Source of the DNA: an uncultured virus (IMG/VR IMGVR_UViG_3300005461_000343)
Taxonomy: Duplodnaviria; Heunggongvirae; Uroviricota; Caudoviricetes
Length of the DNA: 64,000 nucleotides
Strand: one strand, 5' to 3'
IMG/VR virus record: IMGVR_UViG_3300005461_000343
This document shows positions 1 through 8,621 of the stretch, in pieces (the stretch's first letter is position 1; each line of letters opens with the position of its first letter). A program made the translations under genes and the position numbers. The notes beneath the pieces were generated by a model. The model was not told the origin of the DNA and did no database searches. It was given only the letters and a program-made list of their open reading frames with translations.

Positions 1-926
1 GCGTCACGTTTCACGTCAACTACGATACGCATACCGCTACGGTCGGACTCGTCATTGACATTGGAAATGCCATCGATACGCTTCTCGTTTACCAGGTCAG
101 CGATATACTTGATCAACTCAGCCTTATTTACCAAATAAGGAATCTCGGTAATAATAATCTTCTCATGATTATTCTCCACCTCAATCTCGGCTTTACCGCG
201 AAGGATGATACGTCCCCTACCCGTCTCGAAAGCGTCTTTCACGCCTGCGTAGCCATAAATTGTAGCGCCTGTAGGGAAGTCCGGAGCCTTGATATATTGC
301 ATTAAGCCCTCTACCTCGATATCTCCCTTGGCATCGATATAAGCGATACAACCATCTAATACCTCGCTCAAGTTATGAGTCGGCATATTCGTAGCCATAC
401 CAACGGCGATACCCGATCCACCATTTACAAGTAAGTTAGGAACACGAGTCGGCAATACGGTCGGCTCCTTCAACGTATCATCGAAGTTAAGCTGGAAATC
501 TACCGTGTCCTTATCGATATCTCGGAGCATTTCTTCGGCGAGTTTACTTAGTCGTGCCTCTGTATAACGCATAGCGGCAGGACTATCACCGTCCACTGAA
601 CCGAAGTTACCTTGTCCGTCTACTAACGGATAACGCATAGACCATGTCTGGGCCATACGAACCATGGCGAAATATACAGACGAGTCGCCATGTGGATGAT
701 ATTTACCTAAAACTTCACCAACTATTCTCGCAGATTTTTTATAAGGTTTGTCGGATGTGTTACCCAGTTCATTCATTCCAAATAAAATACGGCGGTGAAC
801 CGGCTTAAAGCCATCCCTAACATCAGGAAGAGCACGTGAAACAATGACAGACATTGAATAATCAATGTATGCCGATTTCATTTCCTCTTCGATGTTAATC
901 TTAATAATTCTGTCTTGATCAACCAT
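1..926 (-). CDS. gyrA: DNA gyrase subunit A, N-terminal part (runs off the window start)
   Basis: Reverse complement from ATG at 926 reads [46 protein letters not shown], then KYHPHGDS and [10 protein letters not shown], which are GyrA signatures. Confidence 0.95.
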   Translation of the reverse strand, partial: MVDQDRIIKINIEEEMKSAYIDYSMSVIVSRALPDVRDGFKPVHRRILFGMNELGNTSDKPYKKSARIVGEVLGKYHPHGDSSVYFAMVRMAQTWSMRYPLVDGQGNFGSVDGDSPAAMRYTEARLSKLAEEMLRDIDKDTVDFQLNFDDTLKEPTVLPTRVPNLLVNGGSGIAVGMATNMPTHNLSEVLDGCIAYIDAKGDIEVEGLMQYIKAPDFPTGATIYGYAGVKDAFETGRGRIILRGKAEIEVENNHEKIIITEIPYLVNKAELIKYIADLVNEKRIDGISNVNDESDRSGMRIVVDVKRD

Positions 927-1070
927 TTAGTTTTATATTAATTACACTCAATATCTCACCTCTGAAAAATTGCACTAAGGTAAGGTTTTTCCGTATACTA
1001 CGAAAGAATTTGTCTTGAAATTTTGCGCCTCTGGGCTTTTCAAGGCTTATTAAGGAATAATGGCACGAAA

Positions 1071-1104
1071 TTTGATGATAGTTGGAATAGATTATGTAAC
1101 TTTG
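1071..1104 (+). promoter_or_regulatory. Bacteroidetes sigma-A type promoter for clpC
   Basis: TTTG at 1071-1074 and TAACTTTG (TAnnTTTG, -7 element) at 1097-1104, upstream of the ATG at 1131. Confidence 0.6.
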
Positions 1105-1130
1105 CGTAATCAGTACATATATAATATAGT

Positions 1131-3689
1131 ATGAAAAATTATTCGAAAAGATTGATTGACGTGATTGAGTATAGCCGTGAAGAAGCGGCTAGGCTCCAGA
1201 ATAGCTATATCGGGCCGGAACATTTGATGCTAGGCATCATTCGGGAAGGCGAAGGCGAGGCAATGCGTGTCTTGCGAGAGCTACATACCGATCCGATGGA
1301 TATTAAACGCAAGATTGAGCAAGAAATAAAGAACACATTCGATTCTGAGGATTCTGTCCAGCATGAGATCGCTATAAGTAAGACTACAGAACGTGTCTTG
1401 CGTATGAGTATGCTGGAATCTCGTTTATTCAAGGAAGATGAGACCGATACGGAACATCTCCTATTGGCGATATTGAAAGAGGAGTTTAATGTAGCCGCCA
1501 AGGTGTTGAACGATGCGGGTATTACTTATCGTTCCGCATATAATATATTAGTAAGCGGAACCGGTTTGAACAATATGGAGGAATTCGACGAGATCAGCGA
1601 CGGATATACGGATGATGACGAAGATGACGAGGACGAAGGTTTCTCCTCTCGTCGTGAGGCATCTCGCCCCTCTTCCGGTGCTGGAGCGGGAGCCGCTCAA
1701 CCGAAATCCCCTAATGATACACCTGTTCTGGATAACTTCGGAACGGATATGACACGTGCCGCCGCAGAAAACCGTCTAGACCCGATTGTGGGACGTGAGA
1801 AGGAGATCGAGCGTTTGGCCCAGATATTAAGCCGTAGGAAGAAAAATAATCCGGTATTGATTGGTGAGCCGGGTGTGGGTAAGTCGGCTATCGTAGAGGG
1901 ATTGGCTTTACGCATTATTCAGCGTAAGGTTTCCCGGGTGTTATTCGATAAGCGTGTGATTAGCTTGGATATGGCTTCTATTGTCGCCGGTACGAAATAC
2001 CGCGGACAATTCGAGGAACGTATTAAGGCTATCTTGAATGAGTTATCGAAGAACCCGAATATCATCCTCTTTATCGATGAGATTCATACGATTGTTGGCG
2101 CAGGTTCCGCTTCCGGGTCTATGGATGCGGCGAATATGCTGAAACCTGCGTTGGCTCGTGGTGAGATTCAATGCATTGGCGCTACTACTTTGGATGAATA
2201 TCGTAAGAATATTGAGAAAGACGGTGCGTTGGAACGTCGTTTCCAGAAAGTGATCGTTGATCCGACTACGGCGGAAGAAACTTTGCAGATCTTGCGTAAT
2301 ATCAAACCTCGTTATGAGGAGCACCATAACGTGATCTATACTGAAGATGCTTTACAAGCGTGTGTAAAATTGACAGAAAGATATATCAGTGACCGTAATT
2401 TCCCGGATAAGGCGATCGATGCTTTAGACGAGGCCGGTTCCCGTGTACATATATCTAATATCATTGTTCCGAAAAGTATCGAAGAGCTTGAGGCAAAGAT
2501 CGAGGATACGAAGAATGAGAAATTAGCGGCCGTGAAATCTCAGAACTTTGAATTAGCCGCAAGTTTCCGCGATAAGGAGCGTCAGTATTTATTGCAACTA
2601 GAGGCTGCGAAAGCTAAATGGGAACAAGAGCTTCAAGAACATCGGGAGACCGTTGATGAAGAGAAGGTCGCTGAAGTTGTTGCCATGATGTCCGGTGTAC
2701 CTGTTCAACGTATCGCTAAGGCAGAGAATGTCAAGCTTCTGGAAATGGCGGACGTATTGAAAAGTAAGGTGGTCGGGCAGGATGATGCTGTTCAAAAGAT
2801 CGTAAAGGCAATTCAACGTAACCGTGTTGGCTTGAAAGATCCGAATAAGCCGATCGGAACTTTTATGTTCCTAGGACCGACGGGTGTAGGTAAAACTCAC
2901 TTGGCCAAGAAGCTTGCTGAATATCTATTTGATTCGGCGGATTCTTTGGTACGTATCGATATGAGTGAATACTTGGAGAAATTCGCTGTTTCCCGTTTGA
3001 TCGGAGCGCCTCCCGGATACGTTGGTTACGAGGAAGGTGGCCAGTTAACAGAAAAAGTACGTCGCAAGCCCTATTCGGTGGTCTTATTGGACGAGATCGA
3101 GAAGGCGCATCCGGATGTATTTAACTTGCTGCTGCAAGTCTTGGATGAAGGCCGTTTGACGGATAGTCTGGGTAGACGTATTGATTTCAAGAATACGATC
3201 TTGATCATGACTTCCAATATTGGTACCCGGCAATTGAAAGATTTCGGCCGTGGCGTTGGTTTCAATACCCAGATGGCTGGTGAGCCGGATAAGGATTTCT
3301 CCCGTAGCGTGATCCAGAAAGCGTTGAATAAAGCATTTGCTCCAGAGTTCTTGAATCGTGTGGATGATATCATTATGTTCGATCAGCTTGATAAAGCCGC
3401 TATTCATAAGATTATTGATATTGAGTTACAGGGTCTGTATCAGCGTGTATCAAATCTGGGCTATGAGTTGTCGATCACAGACGAGGCAAAAGATTTCATT
3501 GCGACAAAAGGCTACGATATCCAATTCGGTGCCCGTCCGTTGAAGCGTGCGATCCAGAAGTATCTGGAAGATGAGATGGCGGAGATGATTATCCGTGCCT
3601 CAGTAGGTGAAGGCGATACGATTATCGTAGACTTTGATAAGGAAGAGCAGAAAATCACGACTTCGATAAAAAAGAAAGATGCTGAATAA
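1131..3689 (+). CDS. clpC: ATP-dependent Clp protease ATP-binding subunit ClpC
   Basis: Clp N-terminal repeats, two AAA+ modules (GEPGVGKS, GPTGVGKT, IDEIH, LDEIEKAH) and a UVR-like middle domain. Confidence 0.95.
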   Translation: MKNYSKRLIDVIEYSREEAARLQNSYIGPEHLMLGIIREGEGEAMRVLRELHTDPMDIKRKIEQEIKNTFDSEDSVQHEIAISKTTERVLRMSMLESRLFKEDETDTEHLLLAILKEEFNVAAKVLNDAGITYRSAYNILVSGTGLNNMEEFDEISDGYTDDDEDDEDEGFSSRREASRPSSGAGAGAAQPKSPNDTPVLDNFGTDMTRAAAENRLDPIVGREKEIERLAQILSRRKKNNPVLIGEPGVGKSAIVEGLALRIIQRKVSRVLFDKRVISLDMASIVAGTKYRGQFEERIKAILNELSKNPNIILFIDEIHTIVGAGSASGSMDAANMLKPALARGEIQCIGATTLDEYRKNIEKDGALERRFQKVIVDPTTAEETLQILRNIKPRYEEHHNVIYTEDALQACVKLTERYISDRNFPDKAIDALDEAGSRVHISNIIVPKSIEELEAKIEDTKNEKLAAVKSQNFELAASFRDKERQYLLQLEAAKAKWEQELQEHRETVDEEKVAEVVAMMSGVPVQRIAKAENVKLLEMADVLKSKVVGQDDAVQKIVKAIQRNRVGLKDPNKPIGTFMFLGPTGVGKTHLAKKLAEYLFDSADSLVRIDMSEYLEKFAVSRLIGAPPGYVGYEEGGQLTEKVRRKPYSVVLLDEIEKAHPDVFNLLLQVLDEGRLTDSLGRRIDFKNTILIMTSNIGTRQLKDFGRGVGFNTQMAGEPDKDFSRSVIQKALNKAFAPEFLNRVDDIIMFDQLDKAAIHKIIDIELQGLYQRVSNLGYELSITDEAKDFIATKGYDIQFGARPLKRAIQKYLEDEMAEMIIRASVGEGDTIIVDFDKEEQKITTSIKKKDAE

Positions 3690-3707
3690 GTTTGTCTATG
3701 AATATAG

Positions 3708-3734
3708 AAGCCGGGCGTGAGTCCGGCTTTTTTT
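3708..3734 (+). terminator. Intrinsic terminator of clpC
   Basis: AAGCCGG-GCGTGAGT-CCGGCTT followed by a T tract. Confidence 0.8.
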
Positions 3735-3772
3735 ATGTTCGTCCATCTTATTCGTCTGTCATTTTGACACAC

Positions 3773-3806
3773 AAAAAAAGCATGACCTAATTGAATAGAT
3801 CATGCT
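3773..3806 (-). terminator. Intrinsic terminator downstream of the tRNA 3' remnant
   Basis: Minus strand AGCATGATCTA-TTCAAT-TAGGTCATGCT followed by TTTTTT. Confidence 0.7.
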
Positions 3807-3827
3807 CTTATTTCTTTTTTTACTTAA

Positions 3828-3845
3828 GTACGCAGGATGAGATTC
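3828..3845 (-). repeat. Putative att core: 3' end of a tRNA gene (prophage left junction)
   Basis: Minus strand GAAT-CTCAT-CCTGCGT-A-C has the layout of T-loop end, T-stem 3' strand, acceptor 3' strand and discriminator. No tRNA 5' part precedes it and a terminator follows. Confidence 0.6.
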
Positions 3846-4115
3846 CGAAAATGATAAATTTAAAATTTTTCAATACTGATTCTCAAAACGTTACAAAATA
3901 CAGTTTTCCATATTTTATCCAAATAGTACACATTTATGTACTGTTTTGTGTACCGTGTTATTGTATTTTTTATTGTATCAAATAAAAGGGCTAATCATAT
4001 TCGATGATATCCGGCCCTTAATTACTTTAATGATTTCGAAAACGAAAATATCGATTCGTATTCGCAAATATATGCAACAAATTTTTAAGTCACAAACAAA
4101 ATGCTCTTGAATAAT

Positions 4116-4147
4116 AAAAAGGCCGTTTCTGGTGTCTGAAACGGTCT
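4116..4147 (-). terminator. Intrinsic terminator of the leftward (repressor) operon
   Basis: Minus strand GACCGTTTC-loop-GAAACGGCC followed by TTTTT. Confidence 0.65.
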
Positions 4148-4169
4148 CTCTTGTCTAAAGAAGGAATTT

Positions 4170-4355
4170 CTAACCTTCTCCTTTCTTGTTATTGGATGCG
4201 TTCCTCACAAAGGAAACATACAAGATTTTACCATCAGCCTTAGCTGATTTTGGCATTTTTTCATTTTTAGACCTTAGGTTGTTAATTACAATCCATAACT
4301 CCTTTATCTGGGAGGTGACAAAGGCTAACTGTTTTAGTGTTGCGTTATTATCCAT
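4170..4355 (-). CDS. Small hypothetical protein downstream of the repressor
   Basis: 61-aa ORF with an AT-rich start context, ending just before the terminator at 4116-4147. Confidence 0.5.
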   Translation of the reverse strand: MDNNATLKQLAFVTSQIKELWIVINNLRSKNEKMPKSAKADGKILYVSFVRNASNNKKGEG

Positions 4356-4562
4356 AGAATTAAAAATTTGTTCTTATAGAACAAATAGCCCAAAGACTTG
4401 GATTTCAAGAACGGTGTGTTTTATAACAGTTTTTTTTGCGTTATATTAATGTGATTTATTGTTTTTTTCTTATATCATGTGTACATTATATATAAATGAA
4501 ACGGCATGGATATACTTGTTTTTCCTTTAGCCATATATTATGTTCTTTTTTTGTTGCCCTAT

Positions 4563-4982
4563 TTAAGCGGGATTTGCGCTTGAGGACAGTTCCATGCTTC
4601 CGTTAGATTTAAGATTAAGTATCTCGGCCTCTAATTCTTTGATTCTAGCATTTAGGTCATCTACGTGCAAGGTCATGATCTCCATGTTTGAAAGAGCTAC
4701 ATGTTTCCAGTACTCCGCATCTTGATCGGTGTTCTTTTGCGAAGAATCTTCATCTTGAGAGATATTAGACCGTTTTAGCATCTCCCCTTCCCCACGTAGT
4801 AACCATTCGGCTGAAAGGTCGGTATATATACCGCTAATTTTATTAAGTATTTCAGAAGATGGATTTTTTGCTTTATTCCAATAACCTTTGGATAGATCTA
4901 AATCTTTCTCAAATCTATAATCACTAATATTCTTATAACTAAGATATTGTGAAATCCTTTCTCTAATAATTGAATCTGCCAT
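4563..4982 (-). CDS. cI-like XRE-family repressor (no S24 peptidase domain evident)
   Basis: N-terminal HTH (ISDYRFEKDLDLSKGYW...LSAEWLLRGEGEM), C-terminal coiled coil, divergent from a cro-like gene. Confidence 0.8.
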   Translation of the reverse strand: MADSIIRERISQYLSYKNISDYRFEKDLDLSKGYWNKAKNPSSEILNKISGIYTDLSAEWLLRGEGEMLKRSNISQDEDSSQKNTDQDAEYWKHVALSNMEIMTLHVDDLNARIKELEAEILNLKSNGSMELSSSANPA

Positions 4983-5001
4983 GATTAATATTTGTTAATT
5001 G

Positions 5002-5055
5002 ACTGAAAATATACCACTATTCATAATAATGGTGGTATATTTTCAGTTATATTTG
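5002..5055 (+). promoter_or_regulatory. 20-bp inverted-repeat operator abutting the rightward promoter
   Basis: ACTGAAAATATACCACTATT (5002-5021), 6-nt spacer, AATGGTGGTATATTTTCAGT (5028-5047; one mismatch), then TATATTTG at 5048-5055. Confidence 0.7.
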
Positions 5056-5146
5056 TAATCGAAATCAAGATCGAAACCACTTTCACAATCGAAAAAGTTG
5101 GTAGCGATTCGCAAATATAAGGACTAAATATTTAAAAGACAATAAG

Positions 5147-5338
5147 ATGGCAAGAAAAAGAGAAATTATCGTACCTCATGGAGCTATCAAGAAGATAGCC
5201 GCAGACACTGGGACATCTGTAGTATCCGTACGTTATGCGTTACGTGGTGTGTCCGACACGGAGAATGCGAATTTAATCAGATCAAAGGCTTTGAAATTTT
5301 ATGGCGGTGTCTTATCAAACGTGGAGGTTAGGCTATGA
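5147..5338 (+). CDS. Cro-like small HTH protein
   Basis: Basic 63-aa protein with HTH-like IKKIAADTGTSVVSVRYAL; first gene of the rightward operon. Confidence 0.7.
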   Translation: MARKREIIVPHGAIKKIAADTGTSVVSVRYALRGVSDTENANLIRSKALKFYGGVLSNVEVRL

Positions 5339-5574
5339 GTTTACTCGATGAAGTTTTAACGGATGCCAAGAGACACCATGTAAGCATAACCTACGCCGCT
5401 CAAATGGCTGGGGTACATAGGCGAAACATTTACAATGCCAAGCTGCACGGGAGGACTGACATAGACCAGATGCTTCCTGCGGAACGGAAACACTTGATCG
5501 CCATACAGCGATTATGCAAGGAGCAGGAAAAAGAAAATCAAAGAATAAAAAGGCGTTATGGAAGTAAACGATAA
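5335..5574 (+). CDS. Small putative HTH protein
   Basis: ITYAAQMAGVHRRNIYNA is HTH-like; ATGA overlap with the upstream gene. Confidence 0.55.
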   Translation: MSLLDEVLTDAKRHHVSITYAAQMAGVHRRNIYNAKLHGRTDIDQMLPAERKHLIAIQRLCKEQEKENQRIKRRYGSKR

Positions 5575-5755
5575 AAGATACCAGACATTGCTATCACGGG
5601 CAGAAGCTCTTTTATTGGAGGCTAGATCCATTTACGCAGAGATATATTCCTTGCGTCCAGAAGTGGAGGCCGTAAATAGAAAGAGGCAGAGACTGGACCT
5701 CGAGAGAGAAATGAGAGGCAGATTGATCAAGTCCGCTAAAATTAAAGTAAGATAA
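5558..5755 (+). CDS. Hypothetical protein
   Basis: 65-aa helical ORF overlapping the upstream stop. Confidence 0.5.
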   Translation: MEVNDKRYQTLLSRAEALLLEARSIYAEIYSLRPEVEAVNRKRQRLDLEREMRGRLIKSAKIKVR

Positions 5756-5811
5756 CTTTTGAATTATATATGAAAACTATCTCTCCCTCCTGTGAAGGCC
5801 GGAGAGAAAAA

Positions 5812-5885
5812 GGCCCTTTAGCTCAGCGGAACAGAGCGACGGTTTCCTAAACCGCAGGTCCCGGGTTTGAGTCCCGGAAGGGTTA
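5812..5885 (+). tRNA. tRNA-Arg(CCT), somewhat non-canonical
   Basis: Acceptor GGCCCTT/AAGGGTT, D stem GCTC/GAGC, anticodon loop TT-CCT-AA (CCT at 5846-5848), T arm CCGGG-TTTGAGT-CCCGG. It has T56 instead of C, an A-C mismatch at 27-43 and no encoded CCA. Confidence 0.8.
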
Positions 5886-6189
5886 CTAAAAAAAGAGTTC
5901 TTTGACTTAGTGAGAAAAATCCTTATGGCTATCAAAAGGTATACGAGATATAAACGGGATAAGCGTAAGGTGAAAATACAGGAAAGGACGATAGTCCTTG
6001 CTCCCGATGTAGTTTAATCGGTTCCGGTATTGGATTTATACATATAATTAATAGTATATATAATAAGTACGATCCCATTCGGGTATCCTTGCGGTGGTTG
6101 GTAAAGAAGACCGTATCGTACTAAATAATACGACTTTTCCTACGAGTCGTATCTAAGATATAGCAGGAGGTTAATACTGCCAAAAGTAT

Positions 6190-6239
6190 GACAGATTGGA
6201 CAGACAATCATAAGATAACGACAGCCCGGAAAGACGGGC
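6190..6239 (+). repeat. Two tandem GACA-stem-GA(C/A)AGA hairpins
   Basis: GACA-GATTG-GACAGA-CAATC (6190-6209) and GACA-GCCCG-GAAAGA-CGGGC (6220-6239). Confidence 0.7.
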
Positions 6240-6243
6240 AAAC

Positions 6244-6317
6244 GCTCCCTTATCTCAGTAGGTAAGAGAAGCCGCCTCATAAGCGGAAGGTCGCCGGTTC
6301 AAGCCCGGCAGGGAGCA
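6244..6317 (+). tRNA. tRNA with CAT anticodon, probably Ile2 (lysidine type) rather than Met
   Basis: Acceptor GCTCCCT/AGGGAGC with C4:G69 and C5:G68, D stem TCTC/GAGA, loop CT-CAT-AA (CAT at 6278-6280), T arm GCCGG-TTCAAGC-CCGGC, discriminator A. Confidence 0.85.
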
Positions 6318-6431
6318 CGTTTCATCCCTAGCGGATGCTATTCAATCAATTATTTCACTAAAGTGCAACGCAGGTCTCTGTCCGTGAGGATATGAGGCCT
6401 TTTCACATCAAGAAATTTAAATCAACAACAT

Positions 6432-6662
6432 ATGATAAAGAGAAACCAAGCATGGTTCTGGAAGATATTCCGGGCCATAAAGAGCATTTCCATCTTTACT
6501 TTTAGGATGGTCTTAGCTACAATATTGGGGCTGGCCTCAATAGTCGCAATTTTCGAATGGAATGAAAAACCTTCTCATATCCATTTACTGATATTTGGCA
6601 TAGTATCAGTATTTGTTGTGATAAATCAAATCGTAATAATGACTTATGATTCTGATAAATGA
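6432..6662 (+). CDS. Small two-TM membrane protein
   Basis: Two hydrophobic stretches and an A-rich start context. Confidence 0.6.
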   Translation: MIKRNQAWFWKIFRAIKSISIFTFRMVLATILGLASIVAIFEWNEKPSHIHLLIFGIVSVFVVINQIVIMTYDSDK

Positions 6663-6699
6663 ATACCAAGGAAATATTGTATAAACAAAAATATATCAC

Positions 6700-8619
6700 A
6701 TGAGACTTACAATCAAAGAATTATCCCTTGTCAATTTCAGGGGATTAACAATCAGCATTTCGTTCTCGGCAAACACGCTTATATTGGGAATGAACGGAAT
6801 TGGTAAGACTAGGGTTAACGACGCTTTCCTTTGGCTTTTATTCGGCAAGGACACGCAAGGACGGCAAGACTACGAGATCAAGCCCCGGGATCAAGACATG
6901 AGAAACTCAAAGGTTTCCGTGCGAGGAATGTTCAATATTAACGGGCAAGAATTAACGCTCGAACGTATCTACTCGGAGAAGTGGACAAAGAAAAAAGGAT
7001 CGGAAGAGGCCGAGTTCTCCGGCAACGTCACCGAGTATTCCATCAACGGAGTGGCATGTAACGCCACGAACTTCAAGACCAAGATAAACTCCATCCTAGA
7101 CGAGGACAGGTTCAAGCTTATCACTTCCTCCTCCTATTTCAACACCTTGAAATGGCAAGACAAGAGGAACCTTCTTATCCAAGCGGCCGGGGAACCGAGC
7201 GAGGAAGAGCTTATCGGGGACAACGAGGATTTCAAGAGGCTCCTATCCTATTGCACCGGCAAGACGATGGATGAGTACAGGAAAGAGATCGCCGCCAAGA
7301 AGAAGCCGATCAAGAAAGAGCTGGACGAGATCCCCGCCCGGATAGACGAGGCCAGACAAGGCATTATCGATAAGGACTGGACCGCCTTGGAAGGCATGAT
7401 CAAGGATCGGGAAACCATGACCGAGGAACTGGAGAGGAGGATAGCGGACGAGAACCTACGGGTGCAAGAGGAGAACAAGGATGTCAACTCCAAGATACAA
7501 GCCTTATATAATGAGATCGCTTCCTTGGAAAGAAGAAAGATGGATATCGAGAACCGATATAAGGCCTCCTATCAAAAGGAGTCCAACGATATCGAATCCG
7601 AAAAAGAGAGGACGAGGAGAGAGATAGCCGGCATAGAGGACGAGATCAATCGACTGGAAAAGGGTATAACGGACAATACCAAGGCCAAGGAAAGGGTATC
7701 CGACATATTGAGCAAATTGGGGGCGCAATACGAGGCGGTCCTTTCCGGTAAGGTGGAAGGCGATAATCGCATATGCCCGACATGCGGACAGGAGTTCACG
7801 GAGAAATTCCTGCATGACCGCAAGGCCCACCTTTTGGAGGATATAAACAAGAAGGGAGAGGAAAACGATGCCCTTCTAAGGTCATATGACCAAATGATAT
7901 CGGAGTACGAGAACAAGATAACCGCCCTTAATACCAGACGCACGGAGCTATCCTCCAATCTTGATATTCTTGACAGGAGAGTCATCAAGCACTTCGTATC
8001 AGCCTATACGGAAGACGAGGAGCATAAGGATGTCATCAAGGATATAGACCAGAAAAAAGAGGATATAGACCTATTATCCGGATCGGTGGTGACATCCAAT
8101 GACCTGTCTCCCGTGAAAGACCAGATATCCAAGATCAAGAAAGAGATAGAGGAAATAAAGGGTGAGCTTTCCGGAAAGATACACTCCGACAAGGCCAAGG
8201 CCCGTGTGGATGAGCTGGAGACGAGGCAAAAGGATCTAGCCGTATCCTTGGCCCGGTACGAGAAAACGGAAATGATAGCGGACAGGTTCATACATAAGAA
8301 GATGGACATGATGGAGGAAAGGATCAACTCCTTATTCCGCATGGTCAAGTGGAAGATGTACGAGCCGCAAATAAACGGCGGCGAGAAGGATTGTTGCGAG
8401 TGCTATATAAATGGCGTTCCATTCGGCGTGCAGAACACCGCCACCAAGGTAAACGCGGGATTGGACATAGCCTTGGCATTCTCTCGTATCTATGACGTTT
8501 ACGCCCCGGTATTCCTAGATAACCGAGAGTCCGTCACGGAACTTATAGATGCGGATACGCAAGTCGTATCATTAATTGTATCACCGGAGCATCAAGAATT
8601 AACGATTAAAAATCAATAA
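6700..8619 (+). CDS. SbcC/Rad50-like coiled-coil ATPase
   Basis: Walker A GMNGIGKT, long coiled coil with CPTC hook, Walker B-like PVFLDNRES. Confidence 0.85.
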   Translation: MRLTIKELSLVNFRGLTISISFSANTLILGMNGIGKTRVNDAFLWLLFGKDTQGRQDYEIKPRDQDMRNSKVSVRGMFNINGQELTLERIYSEKWTKKKGSEEAEFSGNVTEYSINGVACNATNFKTKINSILDEDRFKLITSSSYFNTLKWQDKRNLLIQAAGEPSEEELIGDNEDFKRLLSYCTGKTMDEYRKEIAAKKKPIKKELDEIPARIDEARQGIIDKDWTALEGMIKDRETMTEELERRIADENLRVQEENKDVNSKIQALYNEIASLERRKMDIENRYKASYQKESNDIESEKERTRREIAGIEDEINRLEKGITDNTKAKERVSDILSKLGAQYEAVLSGKVEGDNRICPTCGQEFTEKFLHDRKAHLLEDINKKGEENDALLRSYDQMISEYENKITALNTRRTELSSNLDILDRRVIKHFVSAYTEDEEHKDVIKDIDQKKEDIDLLSGSVVTSNDLSPVKDQISKIKKEIEEIKGELSGKIHSDKAKARVDELETRQKDLAVSLARYEKTEMIADRFIHKKMDMMEERINSLFRMVKWKMYEPQINGGEKDCCECYINGVPFGVQNTATKVNAGLDIALAFSRIYDVYAPVFLDNRESVTELIDADTQVVSLIVSPEHQELTIKNQ

Positions 8620-8621
8620 TC

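Noticed and set aside
3708..3734. clpC terminator as a member of the GNRA hairpin family
   Set aside because: It has a GTGA loop but a continuous stem and T tract after a host gene, so it is an ordinary terminator. It does caution that GTGA loops are common here.
1205..3772. Short alternative ORFs within clpC
   Set aside because: Shadow ORFs of a conserved housekeeping gene.
3791..4449. Plus-strand ORFs 3791-3985 and 4186-4449, or an integrase at the left end
   Set aside because: Composition looks non-coding, the first spans the att junction, and there are no recombinase motifs.
5886..6360. HDV-like (theta) ribozymes after the tRNAs
   Set aside because: I could not build the nested double pseudoknot from the sequences 3' of either tRNA or of the tRNA-like element.
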